Positions 27,465-41,200 of a DNA stretch of 64,000 nt are shown piece by piece. Under the pieces are notes generated by a model. That model made no database searches, was not told the DNA's origin, and saw only the letters and a program-made list of their open reading frames with translations. This DNA comes from Octopus vulgaris (lineage: Eukaryota). The stretch lies in NCBI GenBank assembly GCA_951406725.2, contig OX597833.1:64232001-64296000 (forward strand), given 5' to 3'. Positions within the stretch are counted from its first letter, which is position 1. Each line of letters opens with the position of its first letter. Made by a program: the position numbers and the translations under genes.

Positions 27465-27545
<81 letters not shown>

Positions 27546-27634
27546 ACAAGGCCATAAATGCATTCATAGTAAGTTACATACATACATCTACATATATATA
27601 CATACATACACATATACATACATACATACATACA

Positions 27635-27714
<80 letters not shown>

Positions 27715-28017
27715 GATCGAGTATAACCAGCCGAAACTGCAAAGATGATCTGGAACTCAACTGAGGAAAGAAACTCCGAGTGCACTGTCCTTGTTTTTTC
27801 CTTGTCCCTTTTTTATCATCTACCTGTCTGGATGTCGTGTTGTCCCCTGTTGCGTTCTTGTCCCATATTTTGTATTCTATTTATACACACACGCACACAC
27901 ACACACACACACACATATACGTTCCTGTCATACACATATCTGCATAAATAGTTACAAACTTACACATCTACATACACACACACATATATACGTATTTATA
28001 TGTATGTGTACATATGT

Positions 28018-28328
28018 GTGAAGGCGTGCTGCTTGGAGTATTGGAGTGTTGCGCTCACGACGGCTAGATCGTGGGTTCGGTTCTCAGACCAGACGGTGGG
28101 TTGTGTTTTTGATCAAAATCACTTCATTTCACCATTGCTCCAGTCCACTGGGCTGTAAATGGGTAACCTCTGCAACGGAGCAACCTTTCGATCACGGGGT
28201 TAACGTTGGCCTTCTCTCGCAGCCAGCGAGCAGGTGACATTTGGAAAAGCTAAAGCGTCTCGAAGCGCATTGTAATCAGTGATGTATAACAGCATCCGCT
28301 AGTCTGGTCGAAAACGCGATACCGTGAC
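28018..28328 (+). mobile_element. Old SINE family D
   Basis: GTGAAGGCGTGCTGCTTGG...GGGTTCGGTTCTC...CCAGTCCACTGGGCTGTAAATGGGTAACC...AAGCGCATTGTAATCAGTGATG. Confidence 0.75.
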
Positions 28329-28373
28329 GTATACGTATACAGAGAAATAGATATTCATTTATACATTTATTCA

Positions 28374-28747
28374 TTTACTTGTTTCAGTCGTTTGACTGCG
28401 GCCATGCTGGATCACCGCCTATAGACGAACAAATCGACTCCAGACTTATTCTTTGTAAAGCCTTGTACTTATTCTCTCCGTCTCTTCTGCCGAACCGCTA
28501 AGTAAAGGGGTGTAAACACATCAGCATAAGTTCTCAAGCGATGGTGGGAGGTGGACAAGCACAAACACACACACACACACATATATGTATATATACGACG
28601 GGCTTCTTTCAGTTTCCGTCTACCAAATCAACTCCGCAGGGCTTTGGTCGGCTCGACGCTATAGTAGAAGACTGCAGACGAACGTGCCACGCTGAGGAAC
28701 TGAACCCGGAATCTTGTGGTTCGGAAGCAAGCTTCTTACCACGCAGC
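28374..28747 (-). mobile_element. SINE family A
   Basis: Reverse-complement match to family A. Confidence 0.88.
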
Positions 28748-29336
28748 GACACACACACACGCATAAATGCATCGGTACACAAGAACGTAAACAAATAAAT
28801 ATTTGTATATATACATATACACACACAGACGCAGACAGACAGACATACATACAGACACACAGACAGACAAACAGACACACAGTCACACAGACACACATGT
28901 ATATATATATACACATTAGGTCGTGCATATAACATGCACGAATAGCTGTATCTACACGTACGTGTTTCCATACATATTGAGATACGCCCACTCATGAATA
29001 CGGTGACACACATATCGAAGTTCACCTTTACACATTACGTAATAATAGGCGCCACCTATGATCATAGGTTCGGTCCTTCAGTGCTAACCTAGGGTTAAAT
29101 AGCACCGACGATAACAACACCGCAACACAATTTTATAGTGACACCACATATAAAGTCCCCGGATGCTCACCTACACGCATATGCACTTACACCCACATAG
29201 AGACTTTGCCGAGCGTATAGGCATACATATGTATATATATATGTGTATATATGTATATATATGTACAATTAGAAACACATGCTGATTCAAACACGCGTGT
29301 GTGCGCACAAAACCCCTCACATGCGCTGGTGCATTC

Positions 29337-29399
<63 letters not shown>

Positions 29400-29454
29400 C
29401 ATAAAAACACTCACACATACACATATATATATATACGTATGTGCGCATATATGT

Positions 29455-29485
<31 letters not shown>

Positions 29486-29893
29486 TATGAGTGTGGGTGC
29501 GTGGAAAATGTGCACTCACACACAGACACACATATAGACATAATTGCGTATTCAGGCAGATATATGTATACACGTACACGCTCATATACAAACAGAGATG
29601 TATATATACACACTTATACATACATAAACGTATTTCATACACATACATATATAGAAATACACACACACACATGCAGAACCACATGCAAGCTTGAATATAC
29701 ATTTCCACATACATACCTCAATTCTCTCACAGACACATATATATTCACATACGCATAATTACATATGTGTATACCCATACGCACGCACGCAGACATACAC
29801 ACGTACTTTCACAAACACTCAGTTTTATACGTACTCACACAAACGAATATTTACATACATGCGTAAAGCTGCATAGACATACGCACAATTATA

Positions 29894-30100
29894 TACGATG
29901 TGGGGTCTTGGAAAGTTCCTGGCTTAAAGGGCATCGCGAAAGCCCTTCAGAGTTCTTTTGCAGGGTTTAGAGAAACTGTAGACCTGCTACAATGCGTGCG
30001 TGAATCTGAGGGGGTGAATATGTTGAATAAATTCATAAATAAGGGATCCTCCTGTATTTCATTTTACGCAAAGCCAGGAACTTTACAGTGCCCCTTCGTA
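29894..30100 (+). mobile_element. Non-autonomous mariner derivative
   Basis: TIRs TACGATGTGGGGTCTTGGAAAGTTCCTGGCTT and AAGCCAGGAACTTTACAGTGCCCCTTCGTA; internal EKL*TC/NACVNLRG*YVE* resembles the mariner transposase C-terminus. Confidence 0.75.
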
Positions 30101-30324
30101 TGTATGTATGTATGTATGTATGTATGTATGTATGTATGTATGTATGTATGTATGCATGCATGCATGCATGTATGTATGTATGTATGTATGTATGTATGTA
30201 TGAATATATGTATGTATGCATGTATGTATGTATGTATGCATGTATGCATGCACGTATGTATGTATGTATGTATGTATGTATGTATGTATGTATGTATGTA
30301 TGTATGTATGTATGTATGTATGCA

Positions 30325-30792
30325 TGTAAAGGTGGTGCTTTAAGGGTATCACAATAGGCAAGGCGGCGAGCTGGCAGAAACGTTAGCACGCCGGGCGAAA
30401 TGCGTAGCCGCATTTCGTCTGCCGATACGTTCTGCGTTCAAATTCCGCCGAGGTCGACTTTGCCTTTCATCCTTTCGGGGTCGATTAAATTAAGTACCAG
30501 TTACGCACTGGGGTCGATATAATCGACTTAATCCGTTTGTCTGTCCTTCTTTGTCTCCTCTGTGTTTAGCCCCTTGTAGGCAGTAAAGAAATATGGATCA
30601 CAAGAGGTTGGCTGGAGGCCAAACCTTTCCGGTTCTTTTACAGGGCTTAGAAAAACCGAGGGACCGCTGCAATAAGTGTGTGAACCTAAGATGGGGATAT
30701 GTTGAATAAAATCATAATTAAGGGACCCCCCACATCCCATGTATATCCTTTTAACCAAAGCCAGGAATTTTTCAGCGCACCCCACCTCGTGT
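30325..30792 (+). mobile_element. Second mariner derivative, interrupted by SINE B
   Basis: LEKPRDRCNKCVNLRWGYVE*, then AAAGCCAGGAATTTTTCAGCGCACCCCACCTCG. Confidence 0.75.
30360..30592 (+). mobile_element. Full-length SINE family B
   Basis: AAGGCGGCGAGCTGGCAGAAACGTTAGCACGCCGGGCGAAATGCG...GTTCAAATTCCGCCGAGGTCGACTTTGCCTTTCATCCTTTCGGGGTCGAT...CCCCTTGTAGGCAGTAAAGAAAT. Confidence 0.95.
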
Positions 30793-32002
30793 ATACACAC
30801 ATACATGCACACGTGAACCCAAGTTTACGAATACCCACCCACAAGGAACCTCATACATATTCATACAATCCTAAATTTACATACACGTATCTATATATTT
30901 GCGCACATAAAGTCATTTGCATATATCTACATATGTTGGCAAACGCATTTTTACGTACGTTTACGAACACACGCACACACATACACACAGAGACACTCAC
31001 ACGCATACACAAGCTTTCGTATAGCACATATATATATAGAGGGAGAAATGAGAGAACATCGTTGTCATGACAACATTATTATCACTTCTGTCAATGAGAG
31101 AAACTTCGACAACAATAACAACAAGAATAACGGTAACAACAGCAGAATAAACGCCACCACAACCACCATCACCACGACCACCACCACTCTAACCGCCATC
31201 ACCACCACCACAACCACCACCACCAACAACAACAACAATAACAACAACAACAACAACAACAACTACTGCAGCGGCAGCAACAACTGGAAGCCACTGTGTG
31301 GAAGCTAGAGCTGCTCGAAATAGCAGTCAAAATCCTACATGCAATCGGTGGTATAATAGCGTATAAGAAGAACTTTGTGTATGATGCAGCTACGCAGAAT
31401 AGTCGAGGTTGGGTGGGCAGAAATGGAAAGTGTCTCGATCAATCAGAACCAAACTGAGATTTCCATAGCAACCAAAAACACAACCACAAGTGCAGCAGCA
31501 ACAACAACAACAAAAAAGCAAAAACAAAAACAAATGCAGTTGTAGCAACATCAGCAATGAAGCGAGAACAGTTACTTGATGGCGTGACCTGTTAAATACA
31601 GCAGTTAAATGACACAACAGCATCATTGATAATGAGCAAACAACAGAGCGAGTAGTATTCCTTCGGTATTGGTCTCCAGAGCGTCAATGTGAAGAGAAGA
31701 CGTTATTCACCCTTTTTATTTTCTACTAGCCTGGCCTTTTGATCTATGTCACGAGGAAAGGTCGTATGGGTGAATGACGTCATGTACCAATACCGAAGGA
31801 TTGCCCAGTGTGTATAGTTCAGTCTGGTTCGGTCTGGTAAATATATGAACCAAATTTCACTCAATATCATGTCGTATTCCAATAATGAATTAAACATTCT
31901 CAACAACGCCTTCCGAGATACACAACTGAACGCGATGGCTATGGTTGGAGTGCCTTTGATTCTTTTGAACAGGACATCTGATACATGCACACACGCGTAC
32001 AG

Positions 32003-32313
32003 CTCTAGTACTTATTCTATCGGTATCTTTTGCCGAACCGCTAATTTACAGGAACGTAAACACACCAGTATCGGTTGTCAAGTGATGTTGGGGGGACAAA
32101 CACAGACACACAAACATATACACACACATACATAGGTATATACATATATACGACGGGCTTCTTTCAGTTTCCGTCTACCAAATCCACTCGAAAGGCTTTG
32201 GTTGACCCGAGGCTATAGTTGAAGACATTTACCCAAGGTACCACGCAGTGGGACTGAACCCGGAACCATGTGGTTAGTGAGCAAGCCACTTACCACACAG
32301 CCGCTCCTGCGCC
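32003..32313 (-). mobile_element. SINE family A (3'-truncated)
   Basis: Reverse complement of the head and body. Confidence 0.9.
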
Positions 32314-32393
32314 TATAAAGCAATGATGCACGTATGTTGCATACATACACATACACATACATACATACATACATACATACATACATACATACA

Positions 32394-32424
<31 letters not shown>

Positions 32425-32819
32425 GTATATATATATATATATATATATACATATGTATGTGTGTGTGTGTGTATGTATGTGTATGTATGTATATATATAT
32501 ACATGTATGTATGTATATACGTCTGAGGGCAAGTGTAATTTATATTCAGTGCTTACTGTCGAGTATGCAGCGTACGTAAGGTAATCGAATGAGAAGACAC
32601 AGTTTTCGGTGGTGGAACGAAAACAAGAATTATTTCTGAGAAGTCTCACAGGGAAAGAAAATTAGATGAAATCAATGGCGTTAATTATTTTGTTATTCTA
32701 ATTACTTTATCGACCCACCAAACCCTAACTCAGCCACGTGAACGAAAAGAAACCTCAGGCAAAGTGCCCATTATCAGTTTCACCAATACGCCGTTCGCTG
32801 AATAACAATTATACCGATT

Positions 32820-33905
32820 TCAAATATTGGCACAAGGACAGCAAGATGGGGGTGGTGGCGAGAAGTCGATCACATCGACTTCCAGTGCTTATTTTATTGA
32901 ACCCGAACGGATGGAAGGTAAAGTTGACCTCGGTAGAATTTGAACCCAGAATGTAAAAACTGGCAAAATACAGCTAAGAATTTCGCCTGGTGTGCTACGG
33001 TTTCTGTCAGCTCGCAGCCTTAGAGTAAATATATCTTTTCTACTCTAGGCACAAGGCCCAAATTCTTTTTAGTGGTGGGGGTGGCTTGTCGATTAGATCG
33101 ACCTCAGTATGCAACTGGTACTTAATTTATCGATCCCGAAAGGATGAAAGTCAAAGTCGTCGTCGGCGGAATTTGAACTCAGAACATAAAGACAGACAAA
33201 ATACCGTTAAGAATTTCGCCCGGTTTACTAACGTTTCTTATTTCTTTATTGCCCACAAGGGGCTAAACATAGAGGGGACAAACAAGGACAGACACAGGGA
33301 TTAAGTCGATTACATCGACCTCAGTGCGTAACTGGTACTTAATTTATCGATCCCGAAAGGAGGAAAGGCAAAGTCGACATTGGCGGAATTTGAACTCAGA
33401 ACGCAAAGACAGATGAAATGCCTATGTCTTTACTATCCACAAGGGGCTAAACACAGAGAGAACAAACAAGGATAGAGAAAGGGATTAAGTCGATTACATC
33501 GACCCCAGTGCGTAACTGGTACTTAATGCATCGACCCGGAAAGTATGAAAGGCAATGTCTGCCACGGGTGAATTTGAACTCAGAACGTAAAGACAGACGA
33601 AATACCGCTAAGCATTTCGCCCGGCGTGCTAACGTTTCTGCCAGTTCGCCGCCTTACTGATAGTAATTATATTATTAAGGCGGATGAGCTGGCAAAACCG
33701 TTAGCACGCCGGACTAAATGCTTAGCGGCAGTTCTTCCGTTTTCACACGAAAACGTTTTCGCATGCTGAGGTGAAATTCCAACGAGATTGACCCTACCTT
33801 TCATTTCGGGTGGGCGGTGGTCTCGATGAAATAAGTATCATTGTGATACTGGGGGTCAAAGTAATCACGTGTTCCTCTCCCCCGAAATTACTGTCCCTGT
33901 ATCAA
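32820..33905. mobile_element. Cluster of SINE family B copies (old minus copy, minus trimer 33030-33655, old plus copy 33677-33905)
   Basis: Repeated GAATTTGAACTCAGAAC and GATTAAGTCGATTACATCGACC units at about 185-bp spacing. Confidence 0.9.
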
Positions 33906-34120
33906 AATAATGATACTCCCTTTTAATTGTTTCAGTTATTTGATTGCAGCCATGATAGAGCACCGCCTTTAGCAGAGGAAATAGACCCCATGACTTATTC
34001 TTTGTAAGCCTAGTACTTAGTCTCTCGCTCTCTTTTGCTGAACTGCTAGGTTACGGGGACGTAAACACACCAGCATCGGTTGTCAAGCGATTTTAGGGGC
34101 GGACAGACACAGACACACAA

Positions 34121-34225
<105 letters not shown>

Positions 34226-34268
34226 TAAAAATTGTATAATAGAGCAGCATTTTCGAACTTCATTTTTT

Positions 34269-34311
<43 letters not shown>

Positions 34312-34312
<1 letters not shown>

Positions 34313-34879
34313 TTTATTTTAAGCAGCAGAAAATTCAACAAAATCTGTTACTCTGAGTTTTCGTCGTTCATCAGACAGTTTTTGCTAGAATGGAACATAT
34401 ATATTAATTCAATCTATACTTTACAAACGCTACACCTTTAAAAGAAATGGATTGTTTGATTGCCCTTTAGAAAAACGTCAATTCGAGCGATAAACAAAAG
34501 GTCAAAAATATATGTATATATATATAAAAACTTATAAAAATTATAAAATCCGAGGAAATTATAATTTTTATAAGTTTTTATATATATATACATATATTTT
34601 TGACCTTTTTGTTTATCGCTCGAAGATTGACCGTTTTTTCTAAAGGGCCAATCAAACAAGTCCATTTCTTTTTAAAGGTGTAGCGTTTGTAAGAGTATAG
34701 ATTGAATTAATATATATGTTCCATTCTAGCAAAAACTGTCTGATGAACGGCAACGAGAAACTCAGAGTAACAGATTTTGTTGAATTTTCTGCTGCTTAAA
34801 ATAAAGCATATTACTCTACCACTGGTATTTGAGTACTCTTTTTTCCACCTTGTTTCACATTTATGTGTTTTACTCCGGT
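34312..34879 (+). mobile_element. Penelope-like terminus forming a ~500-bp fold-back palindrome (34312-34806) plus unique tail
   Basis: Arms CTTTATTTTAAGCAGCAGAAAATTC... and ...GAATTTTCTGCTGCTTAAAATAAAG, centre ~34541-34564; flanked by (TA)n; a hammerhead motif in each arm. Confidence 0.8.
34736..34773 (+). ncRNA. Type I hammerhead ribozyme motif, canonical core
   Basis: CTGT-CTGATGA-ACG-gcaa-CGA-GAAA-CTC-A-GAG-TA-ACAG; stem I CTGT/ACAG; a damaged mirror copy lies at 34345-34378 (-). Confidence 0.72.
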
Positions 34880-35065
34880 ATATATATATATATATATATA
34901 CGACGGGCTTCTTTCAGTTTCCGTCTACCAAATCCACTCACAAGGATTTGGTCGGCCCGAGGCTACAGTAGAAGACACTTGACCAAGGTGTCACGCAGTG
35001 GGAATGAACCCGGAACCATGTGGTTGGTAAGCAAGCTACTTACTACACAGCCACTTCTGCGCCTA

Positions 35066-35285
<220 letters not shown>

Positions 35286-35447
35286 ATGATCAGTTTTGCA
35301 TGTCATCGTATGGAGATTGATAAAAAGGAATACCAGTTGAGTACTAGATTATTCTGCTAGAATATCAGGCTTGGTACCTACGGTAGGAAGAATTATCTAA
35401 CCATTATTCTTTTTCGGAATGTAAGCCTTTTTTTGTCGTTAACAATG

Positions 35448-35495
<48 letters not shown>

Positions 35496-35655
35496 GTATT
35501 AGTAATAGTAGTAGTAGTAGTAGTTGTAATACTAGTAGTATTCAATTCGGTACAAGGCAAGAGATTTTGAGGGATGGTATTAATCGAATGTACTTTACAT
35601 CATCGACCCCATAGGGAGGAAAAACGACAACAACAACAACAACAACAACAATAAC

Positions 35656-35714
<59 letters not shown>

Positions 35715-36807
35715 CAAAACAACCATGGCAAAACTAAAATCCCGAAAAAAAATCATTGCATATTTATAAAAAAAAATATAAAGAAAAAGGATAAAGATTT
35801 TTAAAAATGCAATAAAGAAATAAATATAGGGAACCCTCGCCTCTCCCACTCCCCGGAACTACCGAAAAACAAATAGATAAATAGAAGAATAAATAAATAC
35901 ATAAATGGCTCCCACAAAAGGAAAGGAAGAGGATTACAGAAAAAAAATAAGCAACAATAACAAAAGGCAGCAACAAAAACAACAACAAGAGCTATATCGA
36001 CAGCGACGATGAAGTCGGCGGCGGCGGCGGCGCTGGCGGTGGTGGCGGTGGTGGCTGCAGCGGCGGCGGCAAGACGAGCAACAGAATGAGTATGTAACAG
36101 AATTCAATAGAAATCCAAGAAGGAAAGAAGAAATAAATAAATGAAAGGTAAAACAATAATCTCCTAGGATAAATAGTAAAAATAATGTAAAAGAAAGCAA
36201 CAGTGTGTACTTTCACTTTCGTTTTCAGTGACGCCATTTTTCTACTTTCTCTCGTTCTCTGTTTTTCCTCTCTACCTCACCTCTTACGCTGTGTCTCACT
36301 GTATTATGTTCCATATTTCTCTTCGACTGAATATATTTCTCTCTGTCTCTCTCTCTCTGTCTCTCTCTTTCTTCTTTTGTATATGCCTGAATCTGTTCTT
36401 CTCTCTCAACCCCTCACACTTTCTAATGCTCTCCCCATCACTCACTCTCCAAGTGTCTGAATCTCGCTCTCCTCACACTCTTCTCACGCTATAACTCTGT
36501 CAGTAACTCTCTATTTCGCTCTCTTATTCTATCGACCTCTCTACCCCCCTTTCTCTCTCTCTTTTACAATACACTCCTCTAAATTCAACCCCCCCTCTCT
36601 CTACCTCTCTCTCGCTCTTTCCCTCTCCGTATAATATATACAATACTCTCTGTCTTTCATTTCTGTCCCACTGTCTCTACCTCTCTATCACTCTATGCCT
36701 GCCTGTCTATCTCTCTCGGTATCTCTTCATGGTATTTCCTTCACATATAAACACATGCACACAAAAACACGTAGTCAAAATACATACACACAAATACGCA
36801 GGGTACA

Positions 36808-36850
<43 letters not shown>

Positions 36851-37695
36851 TTATCTATGTTCTCTGGTCTCTTCTTTTTTCACTTACAACATACAATATA
36901 CTTAAATACCACAGAGCTTTCCCGGACAAAATACGTATCCAATATGTATCTCTATTAAACTGTTACACTTCCTCTCACTCACCCCTCTCCCTTTCTCTCT
37001 CTCTCTCTCTATCTCTTTCTGTGTCTGGCTTTCACTCTTATTCTCCCACTACACCTCAATCCCTCTCTTAGTCTGCCTGGCTGTCTGGATCAGTTTTCGA
37101 TTTTCTCTCATATCCTCCAGCTTGGCTCTCTCCTCTATTTGGCTCTCTCCTCTATTTGGCTCTCTCTCACTTTGACTGCTTATCTTTCTACCTGCATTCT
37201 GCTCTCCCTCTCCTCTTTTCACTGAAACACATTCTCCCACTCTCTCTCTCTCCCTCTCTCTCCCTCCCTCTCTCTCTCTCCCTCTCTCTCTCTCCCTCTC
37301 TCTCTCTCTGTTTCCTCTCTCATTTCTACACTACAGCCTACAGCCGCTATCATCCTCACCGCCACCACTACCATGCATCCAACATGTGCCTGTATGGAGT
37401 CTGTTCGTCTTACCAGTCAGCTAGTCAGCCAGCCATTGATACTCTCAAACAGTCTCTTACTTTTCTCTCTCTCTCTCTCTTTCCCGCTTTCTCTCTCTCT
37501 CTCTCTCTCTCTATGTATATATTTGTTTCACTGACTATCTACCTATCTGTCTCACAGCCTGTCTAACTGTCAATTCATCTATTAATCTCTTCTATTCTCT
37601 CTTCACATAAGGACAGAGAGAGACAGAGAGAATGAGAGAGTGAGAAAAAAATATATATATATACACACACATATATATATATATATATATACATG

Positions 37696-37728
<33 letters not shown>

Positions 37729-37848
37729 GCATATATATGTGTGTATGTGTGTACATCATTAAATATATGTATAAAAATGCATATTCATGTGTCTGTGGAT
37801 GAATATACATACATATATATATATATACATACACACATGCACACACGC

Positions 37849-37890
<42 letters not shown>

Positions 37891-38089
37891 GTGTGAGTGT
37901 GCGTGTATGTATGTATGTGTATCGTGCTATCTCCACATGAATATCTCTGTCAGTCTTTCAACCTATGAAAGTCAATTACCCCTTTTATTAGACTCTCTAT
38001 CTGCCTATCTCATGGAATTTTCATCAATGTATCTCTCAATCTCATTCACTGCCGCCTGTCAGTCACCACGTCTTTCTCTCTCTCTCTCT

Positions 38090-38146
<57 letters not shown>

Positions 38147-38229
38147 GTATGTGTATATACAATTTTTTCTTTCTCTGTATATCTGTGTGTCTACCCTTGC
38201 CTACATATACGTCTCTATATATCTACCTG

Positions 38230-38304
<75 letters not shown>

Positions 38305-38311
38305 ACCTGCC

Positions 38312-38342
<31 letters not shown>

Positions 38343-38350
38343 GCATATAT

Positions 38351-38461
38351 AAGAGGTATGTCCACCAAGGTGGATTCCTAATATGCTAGAAAAAGACGCT
38401 AAATCGCCTTACCACGATTATTCTAGCTTTTTAGGAATCCACCTTGGTGGTTATTCCTCTT
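38351..38461. repeat. Fold-back inverted repeat in (TA)n (probable PLE terminus)
   Basis: AAGAGG..CCACCAAGGTGGATTCCTAATATGCTAGAA versus TTCTAGCTTTTTAGGAATCCACCTTGGTGG..CCTCTT; unique AT-rich tail to ~38580. Confidence 0.75.
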
Positions 38462-38586
38462 ATATATATATATGTAATATAAATATTTTAATCTTCGGAT
38501 TTTTTAAGTATGCTAGGCCACTGGTTTAAATTTTTATTAATTAATTAATATTAATTTCTACCCTCATTATTTAACTTTATATATAC

Positions 38587-38666
<80 letters not shown>

Positions 38667-38684
38667 ATATATATATATATATAC

Positions 38685-38825
38685 CCGACAGGCTTCTTTT
38701 ATTTTCCGTCCATCAAATCCACTCGCAAGGCTTAGTCCGACTCTTGGTTGCAGTGGAGTGCACCTGCGGAACTGAACTCGGAAGAATGTTGTTCGGAAGC
38801 AAACTTCCTATCACACACCCATGCG
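38685..38825 (-). mobile_element. SINE family A 5' fragment
   Basis: CGACAGGCTTCTTTTATTTTCCGTC...AGCAAACTTCCTATCACAC. Confidence 0.7.
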
Positions 38826-38909
38826 TATATATGTATATATATATGTATATATATATATGTATGTATGTGTGTGTATATATATATCTAGATACATACATAC
38901 ATACATGCA

Positions 38910-38956
<47 letters not shown>

Positions 38957-38958
<2 letters not shown>

Positions 38959-39108
38959 TTTATTTAAAAGCAGCAGAAATTCAACAAAACCTGTTACTCG
39001 GAGTTTCACGTTCCCGTTCGTCGGACAGTAAATAAGGCATATTACTCTACCCCTGGTATTTGAGTACTCTTTTTTCCACCTTGTTTCACATTTATGTGTC
39101 TACTCTGG
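38957..39108. mobile_element. Collapsed copy of the 34312-34879 PLE-like terminus
   Basis: The first ~70 bp of the left arm is joined directly to the unique tail CATATTACTCTACCCCTGGTATTTGAGTACTC; (TA)n on both sides. Confidence 0.85.
38991..39028 (-). ncRNA. Type I hammerhead motif, U4C variant
   Basis: Minus strand CTGT-CCGACGA-ACG-ggaa-CGT-GAAA-CTC-C-GAG-TA-ACAG; stems I, II and III all pair. Confidence 0.72.
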
Positions 39109-39398
39109 TATATATATATATATGTACATATGCATACACACACCGACACACATATAAACATATATAAGCATCCATATATACACACACCTGTTAAACAATT
39201 AGCCTGTTTACCTGACGGTCTGTATTTGCTCGTTCTGGCTCTCTTTTACACACACTCTCTTTCTCTCCCCACCTTCCTCTCCGCCTCTCTCTCTCTCTCT
39301 CTCACTATCTGCATCTAACCTCAAACAAGATCCTCACAGACACAAACCGATCACCCGCTTCTAGGTTGACATATACACATATCCAAATATACCTTCTC

Positions 39399-39448
<50 letters not shown>

Positions 39449-39592
39449 CCTCTCTGTCTCCGTCTCCCTGTCTCACCTTCCCGACCTTTCGCTCTCTTCT
39501 CTCTATTATATTTAAATTCACATAAACATGCCTTCGTGTTTGAATGTACGCACAATAACACGTCTGTTTCCACAGAATTCTTGCTACTGCCA

Positions 39593-39634
<42 letters not shown>

Positions 39635-39702
39635 GGCCTGACAGCCATTTTCACCCTAAATCACTATTCGGCTCTCCTATTCCTTGTCTCTCTATCAATG
39701 CT

Positions 39703-39747
<45 letters not shown>

Positions 39748-39851
39748 TCTATTCCCTCACACTGTTTGCCTGTTAACCTGCCTGTTTGCTTGCTTGTGTA
39801 TATATCTATCTGTCTGTCTGTCTGTCTGACTGACTACTTGTCTGGCTATCA

Positions 39852-39891
<40 letters not shown>

Positions 39892-39983
39892 GAATCTATC
39901 TACCTGTACACACATACACGCACACACATGTATGTAGATAGATAAACTGATAGACAGACAAACAGATAGATAGACAGACAGAC

Positions 39984-40041
<58 letters not shown>

Positions 40042-40042
40042 T

Positions 40043-40084
<42 letters not shown>

Positions 40085-40089
40085 CAGAC

Positions 40090-40200
40090 AAAGGGATTAA
40101 GTCGATTACATCGACTCCAATGCGTAACTGGTACTTTATTTATCAACCCCGAAAGAATGAAAGGCAAAGACGACCTCAGCGGAATTTGAACTCAGAACAT
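40090..40200 (-). mobile_element. SINE family B fragment
   Basis: GGATTAAGTCGATTACATCGAC...GGAATTTGAACTCAGAAC. Confidence 0.85.
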
Positions 40201-41004
40201 AGAAGAATAGATACATGGATAGATAGACAGACATATAGATAGATAATAGACAGATACTAAGATGAATAGATAGACAGAGAGATAGAGAGATCGATAAATT
40301 CTTCCATAGGCAGATGTATGAAGACACCAAAGAAGTAAAGTAAACGAGGGGAAGGAGGAAGAGTAAGCTCCAATAATACATACTTACCATGTTCACACAC
40401 ACACCCACACACACACACACACACGCATACACACACGTACACACGCACATGGACGTACACACACACGTTAAAGCATTCACCCTCTGAGGAGCAAAATGCA
40501 GAAACGCAGAAACATGCGCAGCGTGCAGAATAACGGGGGAAGGCGGAATACAATGCTCGCCTATGCTGCGCTTGACAAACGCACGCATAAATACACGTAC
40601 CTAGGGTACTATTGACACCCATAAATACACGTACCTAGGGTACTATGATGCGTTTAGAGAGAACAATCAGATCTTGTTCGCCTTTATGTACGAGTGTACC
40701 CACAGACATGCATGCGCGCACGCACATCACACAAGGACGTGGACACGCACACACGTACTCACTAACAGAGATGAACGGACATAGATACACACACACACAT
40801 ACACACATGCACACACATAAATACTAAATATACACACACATACATACACTTGCATAAGTACACAGAAAATATCAATGTGCGATTAAGCAATGTAAGTATA
40901 TATACAAACATATACATATACTACACGCATTGACATACACACATATACACAACACGTATATACTAGATACACACACACACACGTGCGCGCGGATTGGCTT
41001 CTGT

Positions 41005-41200
41005 CTTTCTTTTGTTCAAGTCATTAGACTGCGGCCATGTTGAGGCACATCGCTGAAGAAATTTTAGTCGAATGAATTTTTTTTTATAAAGGCTGGTAGT
41101 TATTCCATCGGTCTGTTTGCCGAAACCACCTAGATACAGGGATGTAAACACATGAACACCGGTTGTCCAGCGATGATGGGTAACAAACACAGATACAAAG
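41005..41200 (-). mobile_element. SINE family A 3' half
   Basis: GTCATTAGACTGCGGCCATGTTGAGGCAC...ACAAACACAGATAC. Confidence 0.75.

Noticed and set aside
31659-31799. 14-bp inverted repeat CCTTCGGTATTGGT / ACCAATACCGAAGG
   Set aside because: Short and isolated, with no TSD or second copy in the window to define an element.
35990-36097. Poly-Gly or poly-Pro ORFs
   Set aside because: Explained by a GGC microsatellite; short, with no convincing splice sites.
40586-40646. 34-bp tandem duplication containing GTACCTAGGGTAC
   Set aside because: Simple local duplication with no further structure.
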